Part shown: positions 19,444 through 29,755 of the stretch, in pieces
How positions within the stretch are numbered: the first letter of the stretch is position 1
How the letters are laid out: the number at the start of each line of letters is the position of its first letter
DNA from: a virus
Lineage: Duplodnaviria; Caudoviricetes
Strand: one strand, 5' to 3'
Length of the DNA: 54,938 bases
Virus record (IMG/VR): IMGVR_UViG_3300031841_003996
Location: 1 to 54,938 of that record
Made by a program: the position numbers and the translations under genes
The notes under the pieces: generated by a model
Told to the model about the DNA's origin: nothing
The model's input: the letters and a program-made list of their open reading frames with translations, nothing else
The model's database searches: none

Positions 19444-19475
19444 TTTGTTTCTTTAAATGTATGTACATATATTTA
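19444..19475 (+). promoter_or_regulatory. Promoter TTTG-N20-TATATTTA
   Basis: Closest match to the motif consensus; ATG at 19480. Confidence 0.7.
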
Positions 19476-19479
19476 GTAT

Positions 19480-20415
19480 ATGCATAATTTAATTAAGTTC
19501 AATCAGAGAGAACGTCTTCCTGGCGAACGTAAGATTTCATATTCACAGTTTTCAATGTATTCGAAATGTCCGAAGCAATGGGAATTGGCATATGTGAAAG
19601 GTTTACGTACTTTCAGTCAAAGTATTCATACATTGTTCGGTACTGCATTTCATGAAACATTGCAGACATATCTCACCGTAATGTATGAAGAGTCTGCCAA
19701 GAAAGCAGATGAATTAGATTTGCCGAAGATGTTGAAAGATCATATGGCTCGTCTATATAAAGAAGCAGTTGAGGAGATGGGCGACCATTTCTCTAACAAA
19801 TTTGAATTGGGTGAGTTCTATGAGGATGGTCTTGCAATTTTAGATTACATCAAGAAGAATCGTGCCAAGTATTTCTCAGCAAGGCATGAGGAGTTAGTAG
19901 GCATTGAGGTACCTATCTATCACGAGGCTGATGATGATAACAAGAATGTTATGATGTTAGGCTTCCTCGATGTTGTTATTCGAGATAAGCGTACGGATAA
20001 GATCAAGATTATTGATATCAAGACTAGTACAATGGGATGGAATAAGTATCAGAAAGCTGATAAACTCAAAGCGTCTCAATTGGTTTTGTATAAAGAGTAC
20101 TTTGCGCAACAGTATGGTTTTGATGTAGAGAAGATTGATATCTTGTACTTCATTGTTAAGCGTAAGTTGGTAGAGGGCGCAATGTTCCCGCAGAGACGTA
20201 TTCAAGAATTCATTCCGGCATCTGGTAAGCCTACTCGTAATAAACTTAAGCGATCATTGAATGATTGGATTGCTACTAGTTTTGATAAGGACGGTAATTA
20301 TAATACGGCTAGACCATTTCCGGCAGTAGCAGGTAAGAACAAGAAGAACTGCAAGTATTGCGAATTTGCAGAAAACGATGAGTTGTGTCCATTTGCAAAG
20401 AGGATTAGAGAATGA
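19480..20415 (+). CDS. PD-(D/E)XK nuclease (RecB/Cas4-like exonuclease)
   Basis: ISYSQ..Y..CP, FGTAFHETL, GFLDVV, IIDIKTS, QLVLY, CKYCEF..LCP. Confidence 0.88.
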   Translation: MHNLIKFNQRERLPGERKISYSQFSMYSKCPKQWELAYVKGLRTFSQSIHTLFGTAFHETLQTYLTVMYEESAKKADELDLPKMLKDHMARLYKEAVEEMGDHFSNKFELGEFYEDGLAILDYIKKNRAKYFSARHEELVGIEVPIYHEADDDNKNVMMLGFLDVVIRDKRTDKIKIIDIKTSTMGWNKYQKADKLKASQLVLYKEYFAQQYGFDVEKIDILYFIVKRKLVEGAMFPQRRIQEFIPASGKPTRNKLKRSLNDWIATSFDKDGNYNTARPFPAVAGKNKKNCKYCEFAENDELCPFAKRIRE

Positions 20416-20813
20416 AGGTGGCAATGATTGGTAGCCGACGTTATGAGAACAAACGTAAGATCAAAGAAACCTTAACTAATCTCAGACGACGCTTTGGCGA
20501 TGAACTAATTATTATTTCAGGAGGCGCACATGATGGCGCTGATAAGTATGCACGTAAGTTTGCAATTGAGTTCGGTATCTCATACAGAGAGTTCAATCCA
20601 GCACATACGCCTAAGAACTTGTATAGTGCAATGACCGAATCATACTATGGCAAACCTTATCATGCTTCTCAGTTTCATCATCGTAATTATCTTATTGCAC
20701 AGGACTGTGATGTTATGATGGCATTCATACCATATGAGGATAGATCTCCTGGTTCAGAAAGTGCAATAAAAGCAGCAAAAAGATTGGGTAAAAAGGTTAT
20801 CATAATTACCTAA
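20412..20813 (+). CDS. SLOG-superfamily (DUF2493/YspA-like) protein
   Basis: VAMIGSR, IISGGAHDGAD..A..FA, HRN..IA..CD, SPGS. Confidence 0.75.
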   Translation: MKVAMIGSRRYENKRKIKETLTNLRRRFGDELIIISGGAHDGADKYARKFAIEFGISYREFNPAHTPKNLYSAMTESYYGKPYHASQFHHRNYLIAQDCDVMMAFIPYEDRSPGSESAIKAAKRLGKKVIIIT

Positions 20814-20858
20814 AGCATATTTATAATAAATTAAAAGAACGGTTACAAGGAGCATTTA

Positions 20859-22313
20859 ATGCAAAAAATTAAGTTACCTAAGCTTAGGAAAATAGATCCT
20901 AACAAACCAAAAAAGAAGAAGATCTTACTATTATCAGATGACCTACGTATGCATTCTGGTATTGCAACTATGTCTCGAGAATTTGTAATGGGTACGAGTG
21001 CACATTATGATTGGGTACAAATTGGAGCAGCGGTAAAACATCCGGATGAAGGCAAGATATTTGATATATCGGATGCAGTATCTGCAGAAACGGGCGTTGC
21101 CGATGCTAACGTAAAAATATATGCAACATCTGGTTATGGAAATGAAAAAGTACTTAAAGAGGTACTAGCAATAGAAAAGCCAGATGCAATATTGCACTTT
21201 ACAGATCCTAGATTCTGGGGTTGGTTATATCAAATGGAACACGAACTTCGTCAGACCTATCCTTTAATGTATTACAACATTTGGGATGATTTGCCATATC
21301 CCCATTGGAATGAGCCATTCTACGAATCATGTGATCTGATTATGAACATCTCACGTCAGACACAGAACATTGTAAAAAATGTACTTCAAAAATTTCCAAA
21401 GCCGGATTGGTCTGTACAATGGGTATCTCATGGCATCAATGAAGATAAATTCTTTCCTATTAAAGAAGGTCATGAGCAGTATGAAGAGTATCTTAAATTT
21501 AGAGATGATTTCAAAAAACAACATGACGTAGACTTTATCGTATTTTGGAATAATCGTAATATACGACGTAAACAACCCGGAGATCTTATTTTAGCATTCA
21601 GCGAATTCTGTAAACGTTTACCAGCATCGAAAGCTAAAAAATGTGCATTATTAATGCATACACAGCCTGTTGATGGAAATGGAACAGATCTCTTTGCAGT
21701 TAAACGAGCTGTTGCACCCGATTGTAAAATTATCTTTAGTACAAATGCAATCGATCCTAAAGTAATGAATTTTTACTATAACTTAAGTGATGTTACTGCT
21801 AATATCGCTTCAAATGAAGGATTTGGTTTATCACATGCTGAGTCATTAATGGCCGGCACGCCTATCATCAATAATGTTACAGGAGGATTGCAAGACGGTT
21901 GTAGATTTGAAGATGAGGAAGGTAATTGGATTGAATTTGATACTATGTTTCCGTCTAATCATAATGGCAAATTTAAAAAACATGGTGAGTGGGCTAAACC
22001 GGTATTTCCGACTAACAGATCATTACAAGGTTCGCCTCAGACACCGTATATTTTCGATGATCGTGCAGATTTTAAAGATGTGGCAGATGCAATTGAATAT
22101 TGGTATGAACTTACGCCGCAAGAACGTCATGAAATGGGAGAAGCTGGTAGAACTTGGGCAGTGGGCGAGGAATCTAATTTTTCAGCAAGGCGTATGTCAC
22201 AACGATTTATTGAATGTATAGATACGTGTTTAGAAAAATGGGAACCACGTAAAAAATTCTCATTGTTAACAATTGAACAACCTAAAAAATTAGAAAACGT
22301 CGGAGTATTATGA
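20859..22313 (+). CDS. GT4 glycosyltransferase
   Basis: LLSDD...SG, NRNIRRKQ, NEGFGLSHAESL (EX7E), TGGLQD; follows CATATTTATA at 20816. Confidence 0.88.
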   Translation: MQKIKLPKLRKIDPNKPKKKKILLLSDDLRMHSGIATMSREFVMGTSAHYDWVQIGAAVKHPDEGKIFDISDAVSAETGVADANVKIYATSGYGNEKVLKEVLAIEKPDAILHFTDPRFWGWLYQMEHELRQTYPLMYYNIWDDLPYPHWNEPFYESCDLIMNISRQTQNIVKNVLQKFPKPDWSVQWVSHGINEDKFFPIKEGHEQYEEYLKFRDDFKKQHDVDFIVFWNNRNIRRKQPGDLILAFSEFCKRLPASKAKKCALLMHTQPVDGNGTDLFAVKRAVAPDCKIIFSTNAIDPKVMNFYYNLSDVTANIASNEGFGLSHAESLMAGTPIINNVTGGLQDGCRFEDEEGNWIEFDTMFPSNHNGKFKKHGEWAKPVFPTNRSLQGSPQTPYIFDDRADFKDVADAIEYWYELTPQERHEMGEAGRTWAVGEESNFSARRMSQRFIECIDTCLEKWEPRKKFSLLTIEQPKKLENVGVL

Positions 22314-23641
22314 AACCATTTATAGTATTACAAGGTCCTGTAGCTACTCGATCTGGGTATGGAAATCATACTAGGGATTTAGCGCTTAGTCTACTTAAGA
22401 CAGATAAGTATGATGTGCAAATTGTATCATTGCCATGGGGCAATACGCCGATGAATGCATTAGAAGCTAATAACGAAGATCATAAATTGATTGATCGTCA
22501 TATCGCTCGTGCTAATATCACCCGTAAGCCAGACGTGTTTATACAAGTATCAGTTGCAAATGAATTTCAACCGTTGGGTAAATATAATATTGGTATAACG
22601 GCTGGCGTCGAAACTAATCAAGTTCCGCATGAGTTTCTTCAAGGAGCAAATCGTATGGATCTTATCTTAGCTACTTCTGAATTTACGAAAAAAGGATTTC
22701 TCGATACTGTTTATGATCAAGTCGATGAAAAGACGAAACAGAAAACAGGTGAATTAAAATTAGAAACGCCCATTGAAGTACTTTTTGAAGGCGCCGATCT
22801 AAATGTATATAAGAAAATTAAATCAATTGATATTGATACAGATATTAATCACGAATTATCTGCAATTGATACTGATTTCAATTTTCTATTTGTCGGCCAC
22901 TGGCTAAAAGGCGACTTCGGGCAAGATCGTAAGGATGTTGCTATGATGATTAGGACGTTTTGTGAAGCATTTAAGAATAAAAGTACTAAGAACAAGCCTG
23001 GTCTTATTATTAAGACGAGCCATGCTACATTTAGTATAATGGATCGAGAAGAGACGATAAGAAAAATACAACAGCTTACTGAATCATATGGCGTTAAAGC
23101 TCCTAAAATATATTTACTTCATGGAGATCTAACCGATAATCAAATGAATTCACTTTATAATCATCCTAAAGTTAAAGCTATGTTATCTTTTACTAAAGGC
23201 GAAGGATTTGGTCGTCCATTGTTAGAATTTACATTATCAGAAAAGCCTGTCCTAGCTAGTCAATGTTCCGGGCAACAAGATTTTCTAAAACATGCTCACC
23301 CATTAGTCGGCGATGAGACGGAAGTACATAAAAGTGCTACAGATAAATTTATATTACCTGGCTCTAAATGGTTTACTGTAAACTATGTCTATGCAGCAAA
23401 TACTTTACGTGATTGTGTTGCTAATTACAAAAACTATCTCAAAGCTGCTAAACGTCAGGCATATTTTAGTAAAACTGAATTTAGTTTTGATGCAATGTCT
23501 TCAAAATTCTGTGAGTATGTAGATACTGCAATTAACAGTGTTCCTCAGCAAGTAGAATTAAAGTTGCCTAAGTTAAAGTCTGCAAATGATACAGAACAGC
23601 CTAAATTAAAATTACCTAAACTTAAAAAGATAAATTCATGA
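22310..23641 (+). CDS. GT4-like glycosyltransferase
   Basis: TRSGYG, FLFVGHW, DRKD, GEGFGRPLLEF. Confidence 0.85.
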   Translation: MKPFIVLQGPVATRSGYGNHTRDLALSLLKTDKYDVQIVSLPWGNTPMNALEANNEDHKLIDRHIARANITRKPDVFIQVSVANEFQPLGKYNIGITAGVETNQVPHEFLQGANRMDLILATSEFTKKGFLDTVYDQVDEKTKQKTGELKLETPIEVLFEGADLNVYKKIKSIDIDTDINHELSAIDTDFNFLFVGHWLKGDFGQDRKDVAMMIRTFCEAFKNKSTKNKPGLIIKTSHATFSIMDREETIRKIQQLTESYGVKAPKIYLLHGDLTDNQMNSLYNHPKVKAMLSFTKGEGFGRPLLEFTLSEKPVLASQCSGQQDFLKHAHPLVGDETEVHKSATDKFILPGSKWFTVNYVYAANTLRDCVANYKNYLKAAKRQAYFSKTEFSFDAMSSKFCEYVDTAINSVPQQVELKLPKLKSANDTEQPKLKLPKLKKINS

Positions 23642-24129
23642 TAGATGAGAGTTTAAAAGCTGACTATGATGGCTATTCACCGGTAACTGGCAATTTTTGT
23701 GTACTAGCCGAAGCCGATGAGAATAGCAATATTACATCGTACATGTGTATGGAATCTGGATATAATACAACTGAACTGTTAAAAATAGGATCGGCTGAAG
23801 CCGAAAAATATGAAGAAACGTTAACAGAGTTAATGAGGGATGCACGTATAGAAGATGAAGAAACTGGATTAGTTTGGTATCCATCATTTATACAGTTTCC
23901 TTTCGGGATGTTATATATGTCAGGTACTAGTGCTAATGATATGCATTGGGAAGTAGCAGAGGTAGTAGATGTCGAAGAACATGAAAAAACTAAATATCCA
24001 ATTCCAGGACAAGAGGGGCAATACTTTACGTCTAAACTAGATGTAGATAATGCTAAGATCTTTGATAAGTTAGACTTTGCGAATGCATTAGATGCATTAT
24101 ATTCAATTGTACAAGGTGTTATGTCATGA
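23638..24129 (+). CDS. Hypothetical acidic protein
   Basis: 163 aa, ATGA-coupled within the operon. Confidence 0.7.
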   Translation: MIDESLKADYDGYSPVTGNFCVLAEADENSNITSYMCMESGYNTTELLKIGSAEAEKYEETLTELMRDARIEDEETGLVWYPSFIQFPFGMLYMSGTSANDMHWEVAEVVDVEEHEKTKYPIPGQEGQYFTSKLDVDNAKIFDKLDFANALDALYSIVQGVMS

Positions 24130-24743
24130 AGATAAGTTATGCTATACCAGTATGTAATGAATGGATGCAACTCGAGTATCTTTTAAATTATTTATTCAAG
24201 CATAAGCGTGAACAGGATGATATTGTAGTTCAATGCGATAAGGGCAATACTACGCCTAGTGTATATCAAGTGTTAGAAGAATTTAAAGATAAAGTTCAAA
24301 TAATTGAATTTCCGCTAAACAAAGATTTTGCATCATTTAAGAACAATTTAAAGGATCATTGTTCTGGCGATTACATTTTTCAAATTGACGCTGACGAATA
24401 TCCAGATGAATATCTTATGAATACGATTGAATGGCTCATTACGAATAATGACAATGTAGATATATTTTGGGTCCCTCGAATTAATACTGTTAAAGGATTA
24501 ACTCAAGAACATATTGAAAAGTGGAGATGGAACGTCGATCCGGACGGCAGAGTTAACTTTCCCGACTACCAGTGTCGTATTATGAAGAATGTCAAACGTA
24601 TAAAATGGAAAAATAAAGTACATGAAGTTTTAACAGGATATAAAACCGAATCACAGATTCCTGCTAATAAAGAATTTTGTATACATCATCCTAAGACAAT
24701 TGAACGTCAGCAAGAACAAAATGATTTTTATGACACTATATGA
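24126..24743 (+). CDS. GT2 glycosyltransferase
   Basis: KISYAIPVCNE, IFQIDADE, PDYQ.R, KVHE. Confidence 0.88.
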   Translation: MKISYAIPVCNEWMQLEYLLNYLFKHKREQDDIVVQCDKGNTTPSVYQVLEEFKDKVQIIEFPLNKDFASFKNNLKDHCSGDYIFQIDADEYPDEYLMNTIEWLITNNDNVDIFWVPRINTVKGLTQEHIEKWRWNVDPDGRVNFPDYQCRIMKNVKRIKWKNKVHEVLTGYKTESQIPANKEFCIHHPKTIERQQEQNDFYDTI

Positions 24744-25765
24744 TCAAGATAAAATTATATGAATTAGATAAACATCGTAATGAATGTGCATTTCGTCCAT
24801 ACTTATGGGCTCAAAATGTATTTCGTGATATCGGTATCGAGTTTACTACAAGCAATTCATATGATTATGCATGGGTTGCACAAGCTAGTTTTCTAAATAA
24901 GAAACTGCCATTACAGGAATCGGTAGATGCTGGATTAGAATTTTTATCAAAAATTACCGGCGATTATATGTTGCTCGATGGGCAAGATTCTACATCATTG
25001 ATTGGCGCATATGAAGTGTTCAAAGAATCGAATGCATTATTACTTCTTAAAAATAGTTTACTTAAGGATCGATCTTTATATAAGCAAGGCTGGGAATTGG
25101 GAAGGTACTATTGGGGACCTGGCGACTATAAATTAGATGACTTCGACGATTATTCGGATAGAATAGTGCTCTCCGGTACGAATTGGCTAGCTACTCATTA
25201 TGCTGGCATAAATGTGCAATGGTATGATTACAGCCGACCTAAGCAATTTGATATATCTGCAATGTTTCAGTATCCACAAGGCGTCGATGTATATGAACAT
25301 GGCCATCATCAAAGTATACATTATGATAGACATAGGAAGCCTATAATGGATGTATTGTCTAATTTAGATTATAAAATAGCAAAACTTGAAAATGGAGTTC
25401 GCGTTTCTCAGCAAGAATATTATAGACGCATCTCAGATGCTAAAATTCTACTAGCGCCGTACGGATATGGTGAAATGGCTCCTAGAGACTTAGATGCAGC
25501 TCAATTCGGTTCAATATTGATTAAACCCGATATGAGTCATATTGATACATATCCAAATCCATTTATCGACGGCGAGACGTATGTAGCATGTAAACATGAT
25601 TACTCCGATCTTTCTGAAAAAATCGAAGATATAATGACAAACTACAGTAGTTATCAACATATCATTGAAAATGCTCGACGCACATTTACAGAATTATACT
25701 GTCCAGAAAATATTGCAGTACATGTGTATAATATTTTTAAAAATTTAAAGGGAATATCGACATGA
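24740..25765 (+). CDS. Putative GT-B glycosyltransferase
   Basis: C-terminal LAPYGYGEM..RD..A...GS.LIKP, YV.C..DYSDL. Confidence 0.65.
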   Translation: MIKIKLYELDKHRNECAFRPYLWAQNVFRDIGIEFTTSNSYDYAWVAQASFLNKKLPLQESVDAGLEFLSKITGDYMLLDGQDSTSLIGAYEVFKESNALLLLKNSLLKDRSLYKQGWELGRYYWGPGDYKLDDFDDYSDRIVLSGTNWLATHYAGINVQWYDYSRPKQFDISAMFQYPQGVDVYEHGHHQSIHYDRHRKPIMDVLSNLDYKIAKLENGVRVSQQEYYRRISDAKILLAPYGYGEMAPRDLDAAQFGSILIKPDMSHIDTYPNPFIDGETYVACKHDYSDLSEKIEDIMTNYSSYQHIIENARRTFTELYCPENIAVHVYNIFKNLKGIST

Positions 25766-26532
25766 CGGATGATTGGTTATCTAAGTACGTAGATTATAAA
25801 GTTCTGATAAATATAGAAGAACGTACTGATAGATTGAATGAGACGAAACAAGAATTTGCTAAAGCTGGAATCATCAATGTAGATCATTTTCCTGCAGTTA
25901 AACATCATATAGGTATTAGTGGATGTACTAGATCGCATTATGAAATAGTAAAGATAGCTAAAGATCGAGGATACAAAAATGTTTTAATATTTGAAGATGA
26001 TGTATGTTTTCAGCAATCGGGCTTAGAGTTTCGTAAGACAGTGGAATCATGTTTTGAACAAATAGAAAAGCATGATCTAAAGCCAGACTTTCTCTACATA
26101 GGCGGTAGATTGACATCGCCTCCTGATGATAAAACTAGTTGTTGGGAGTCGAGTATTAACAGTAAAATGCAGTATCATACAAAAATAGATGAAAATCTAT
26201 ATAAATTAGGTGGATGTAAAACGACGCATGCATACATCATATATGAATCAGCATATGATACGATATTAGAAGGACTTCAGGATACTGACTGGGATGCGCC
26301 TTCAAATTGGTCTGGCCCATCGCGTAGAAATATTGATTTTTGGTATCTTAGTAGAATACATCATGACGGATATGCAGAGCATGGCGACATACTTCATAGG
26401 AAGTTGAATGCATATTGTATATATCCATGCCTTGCTGGTCAACGTAAGAGTTATAGTAATATACTTAACAGAGAAATTTATTTTGATATGCCGAAACATT
26501 GGAACGAAATGTTAGAGGGATTAGGTGGTTAG
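25762..26532 (+). CDS. GT25 glycosyltransferase
   Basis: INIEERTDR, GCTRSH, LIFEDD, THAYII. Confidence 0.82.
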   Translation: MTDDWLSKYVDYKVLINIEERTDRLNETKQEFAKAGIINVDHFPAVKHHIGISGCTRSHYEIVKIAKDRGYKNVLIFEDDVCFQQSGLEFRKTVESCFEQIEKHDLKPDFLYIGGRLTSPPDDKTSCWESSINSKMQYHTKIDENLYKLGGCKTTHAYIIYESAYDTILEGLQDTDWDAPSNWSGPSRRNIDFWYLSRIHHDGYAEHGDILHRKLNAYCIYPCLAGQRKSYSNILNREIYFDMPKHWNEMLEGLGG

Positions 26533-27280
26533 TTGTAAATTACAAGGTGGGTTAGGGAACTATATGTTTCAAGCTGCAGCTGCGCATAGTTTAGCTATTA
26601 GTAACAACACAACTGCGGTATTTGATTTAGATAATGCGGCTCGTGTACATCAACATGCTAATGTGTATAAACACAATATACTACGTAATTTAAATGTAGG
26701 CGAAATTACTTTAACATGCCAGTATAATGAACCGCATTTTCATTATTCTGAAATGCCATATCAGTCTGGAATATTACTAAACGGTTATTTTCAATCCGAT
26801 AAATATCTAGATCGTTCTGCTACATTGGAATTATTTTCAATCGATGACGAAAGTTATAAGTTTATTGTCGATAAATATGGCACTTCATTTAACAATGCAG
26901 TATCCATACATGTACGACGTGGCGATTATTTAGCTAAACACGATCGACACCCAGTTCAGCCAATTGATTACTACAATCAGGCCATGCAATATTTTGATTC
27001 ATCGTCAATATTTTATATATTCAGTGATGATATAGAATGGTGTAAAGAAAATTTTAAAGGCTCACAGTTTACTTTTGTTGAGGGCAATGCAGATTATATA
27101 GATTTATGGTTAATGAGTTTATGCAATCATAACATTATAGCAAATTCATCATTTAGCTGGTGGGGCGCATGGCTAAATCAAAATCCTAATAAAATTGTTA
27201 TAGCACCTGAGAATTGGTTCGGACCGAATAAAAAATTAAGTACACGAGATTTGATACCAGAACAATGGATAACAGTATGA
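26525..27280 (+). CDS. GT11 alpha-1,2-fucosyl/colitosyltransferase
   Basis: GGLGNYMFQ, GYFQS, HVRRGDY, FSDD..WC, IIANSSFSWWGAWL (GTG start). Confidence 0.92.
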   Translation: MVSCKLQGGLGNYMFQAAAAHSLAISNNTTAVFDLDNAARVHQHANVYKHNILRNLNVGEITLTCQYNEPHFHYSEMPYQSGILLNGYFQSDKYLDRSATLELFSIDDESYKFIVDKYGTSFNNAVSIHVRRGDYLAKHDRHPVQPIDYYNQAMQYFDSSSIFYIFSDDIEWCKENFKGSQFTFVEGNADYIDLWLMSLCNHNIIANSSFSWWGAWLNQNPNKIVIAPENWFGPNKKLSTRDLIPEQWITV

Positions 27281-28836
27281 AACATACATTAAGTATATAC
27301 GGCTCTCATGATGCAAGTGCTGCATTTATCGATAAAAATGGCAATTTAAAAATATTAGAGTATGAACGATTTGTTAAGAAACGTTATGCCATGTATTCTG
27401 CAAAATTCGATTATAGAGAAAAGGATTTAGGGACAGATGAACACCGACGAGTACAATTTATACAGTATATAAAATCTCAACTCTCAGACGAAATACGAAC
27501 AATATTATACAACGGATTAGTACAAGCTGATTTAGATTATTTAAAAACACAATTCGTCAATGCAGAGTTTAAATTATGTGGGCATCATATGGCACATGCA
27601 GCATCTGGATACTTTCCTTCAATGTTCGATAATGCCATTATATTTTCAGTCGATGGAGGCGGCGTAGATCATGGCGTAATAGGATACACGAAAATATTCA
27701 GTGCCAAACAATCTAGAATAGAATTGTTAGATACGCCAAACATTAATTTAGGTGTAGCTTATGGAAGAATAGGATGTCCGATATCTGAAATCAATCCAGG
27801 GCCTGATTCTAATAGAGATTCATTAGTATATGCAGGAAAAGTAATGGGTTTGTGTGCATACGGTAATATTCGGCCATCATGGATTGAGCCGATGAAAAAA
27901 TATTATCGGCATCATAGTTTAGAAGTGTTAGGTAATGATATAGGACTATCATTAACATTCAATTCATTAAAGGGTCAAGATAGTTTTGATTTAGCTGCAA
28001 CATCGCAACATGTTTTTGAAGAATTGTTATTGAACATAATAACACCTTATGTAGATGATAATGATAATTTTGTTTTAGTAGGTGGCTGTGCATTAAATGT
28101 TTTATTCAATCAGAAATTGAAAAAATATTTAAGTACTAAATCTAAACAATTGTATGTACCATCAAATCCAAATGATTGTGGTTTGGCATTAGGTCAATTT
28201 TTATTAGAACATCCAGATGCACAGTCAAATGTATATGGAGGCTTCGATATTTTAGATCGCAACGAATTACAGGAATATATTGAATCGCGATCTGCACGCG
28301 CTGTATCAGTAAAAGAAATAACTGATTTAGTGAAAGCTGGAAAGATTATAGGATTAGTATATGGCTATTCAGAAGTAGGACCTAGAGCTCTAGGCAATCG
28401 GAGTATAATCTGTGATCCGTCTATTGCAGATATGAAAGATATTCTTAATGCAAAAGTTAAATTCAGAGAATGGTTCAGGCCATTCGCTCCGGTATGTCGT
28501 TTACAAGACAAATCTAAATATTTTGATAATGTCTATGATTCAGAATTTATGAGTTACGCGCCTGGTGTAAAAGATGAGTTCAGATCTAAATTAAAATCGA
28601 TTAGCCATGCTGACGGTACAGCTCGATTACAGACTGTTACTGACTATCAACATGAAATATTTTATGATATTCTTACTGAATTAGACGATAGAAATGAAAT
28701 TCCTGTAATATTAAATACATCATTCAATATAAAGGGAAAACCTATACTAACTACAATTCAAGACGCTTTGTATTGTTTAGATAATACTGAAATGGATTAT
28801 GTTGTTATCGAAAATTGGCTATTTAAAAGGAAATGA
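27277..28836 (+). CDS. O-carbamoyltransferase (NodU/CmcH family)
   Basis: HDASAA, ERF..KR, HHMAHAAS, DGGG, GKVMGL.AYG, GGCALNV, E.GPRALGNRS, FRPFAP, LNTSFN. Confidence 0.92.
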   Translation: MKHTLSIYGSHDASAAFIDKNGNLKILEYERFVKKRYAMYSAKFDYREKDLGTDEHRRVQFIQYIKSQLSDEIRTILYNGLVQADLDYLKTQFVNAEFKLCGHHMAHAASGYFPSMFDNAIIFSVDGGGVDHGVIGYTKIFSAKQSRIELLDTPNINLGVAYGRIGCPISEINPGPDSNRDSLVYAGKVMGLCAYGNIRPSWIEPMKKYYRHHSLEVLGNDIGLSLTFNSLKGQDSFDLAATSQHVFEELLLNIITPYVDDNDNFVLVGGCALNVLFNQKLKKYLSTKSKQLYVPSNPNDCGLALGQFLLEHPDAQSNVYGGFDILDRNELQEYIESRSARAVSVKEITDLVKAGKIIGLVYGYSEVGPRALGNRSIICDPSIADMKDILNAKVKFREWFRPFAPVCRLQDKSKYFDNVYDSEFMSYAPGVKDEFRSKLKSISHADGTARLQTVTDYQHEIFYDILTELDDRNEIPVILNTSFNIKGKPILTTIQDALYCLDNTEMDYVVIENWLFKRK

Positions 28837-28837
28837 T

Positions 28838-29755
28838 ATGAAAAAAATACTAGTTACTGGTGGTAGTGGACTGGTCGGACGCTATCTACAAGAAATGTTG
28901 CCGGATGCAATTTATTTATCGTCAAAAGATTGCGATTTAACCGATATAAATTGCGTTGATAAATTAATGTTCAAACATCAACCTGATATTGTAATACATT
29001 TAGCAGCTCGAGTCGGCGGCATCCTAGATAATGTACAATATCCTGTAGAATATCTAGAACAAAATGTTTTGATGAATACCAACTTATTATCTGTATGTCA
29101 TAAACATAATGTTAAAAATGTAATATCTATTTTAAGTACGTGCATTTATCCAGATGTCGTAGAAACTTATCCAATGAAAGAAGAGGTTATGTTCGACGGC
29201 CCGCCTACTCCGAGTAACTTCTCTTATGGGTTAGCAAAGAGAACAATGGCCGCTCATATCGATGCATATGTTAAACAGTATGATAAACAATGGTGTTATT
29301 TGATTCCATGTAACTTATATGGCGAATTTGATAAGTTTTCTGAACATAATAGTCATTTCGTAGCAGCACTTATTAAAAAAATCCATGATGCAGATAAACA
29401 AATTGAATTATGGGGTGATGGTTCTCCATTACGCCAATTCATGCATGGTAAAGATTTAGCACGTGTCATTAAAACTATGATCGATAATGATATTTATGAG
29501 AGCATGAATGTTGCGCCACCGTGGGTATATTCGATTCATGAGATGGCTGAAATAGCTATTGATGCATGCAATAAACCACATTTGAAGATTATGTATGATA
29601 CGGAAAAACCTAATGGTCAACATAGAAAGGATGTAACTGCCGATAAACTAATTTCTCTGTTAGGAAATTTTGAGTTTACATCACTAAGTGAAGGTATACG
29701 TGATACGTATACTAAGATAAAAAGTAGACAAACATTATTTAGAAACAATGAGTAA
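28838..29755 (+). CDS. GDP-L-fucose/GDP-colitose synthase (Fcl/ColC family)
   Basis: TGGSGLVG, HLAARVGGI, STCIYP, YGLAKR, PCNLYG..D, WGDGSPLRQF. Confidence 0.9.
   Translation: MKKILVTGGSGLVGRYLQEMLPDAIYLSSKDCDLTDINCVDKLMFKHQPDIVIHLAARVGGILDNVQYPVEYLEQNVLMNTNLLSVCHKHNVKNVISILSTCIYPDVVETYPMKEEVMFDGPPTPSNFSYGLAKRTMAAHIDAYVKQYDKQWCYLIPCNLYGEFDKFSEHNSHFVAALIKKIHDADKQIELWGDGSPLRQFMHGKDLARVIKTMIDNDIYESMNVAPPWVYSIHEMAEIAIDACNKPHLKIMYDTEKPNGQHRKDVTADKLISLLGNFEFTSLSEGIRDTYTKIKSRQTLFRNNE

Noticed and set aside
19480-20415. Cas4-like nuclease as sign of a CRISPR system
   Set aside because: No repeat-spacer array or other cas genes were seen; standalone PD-(D/E)XK exonucleases are common in phage replication modules
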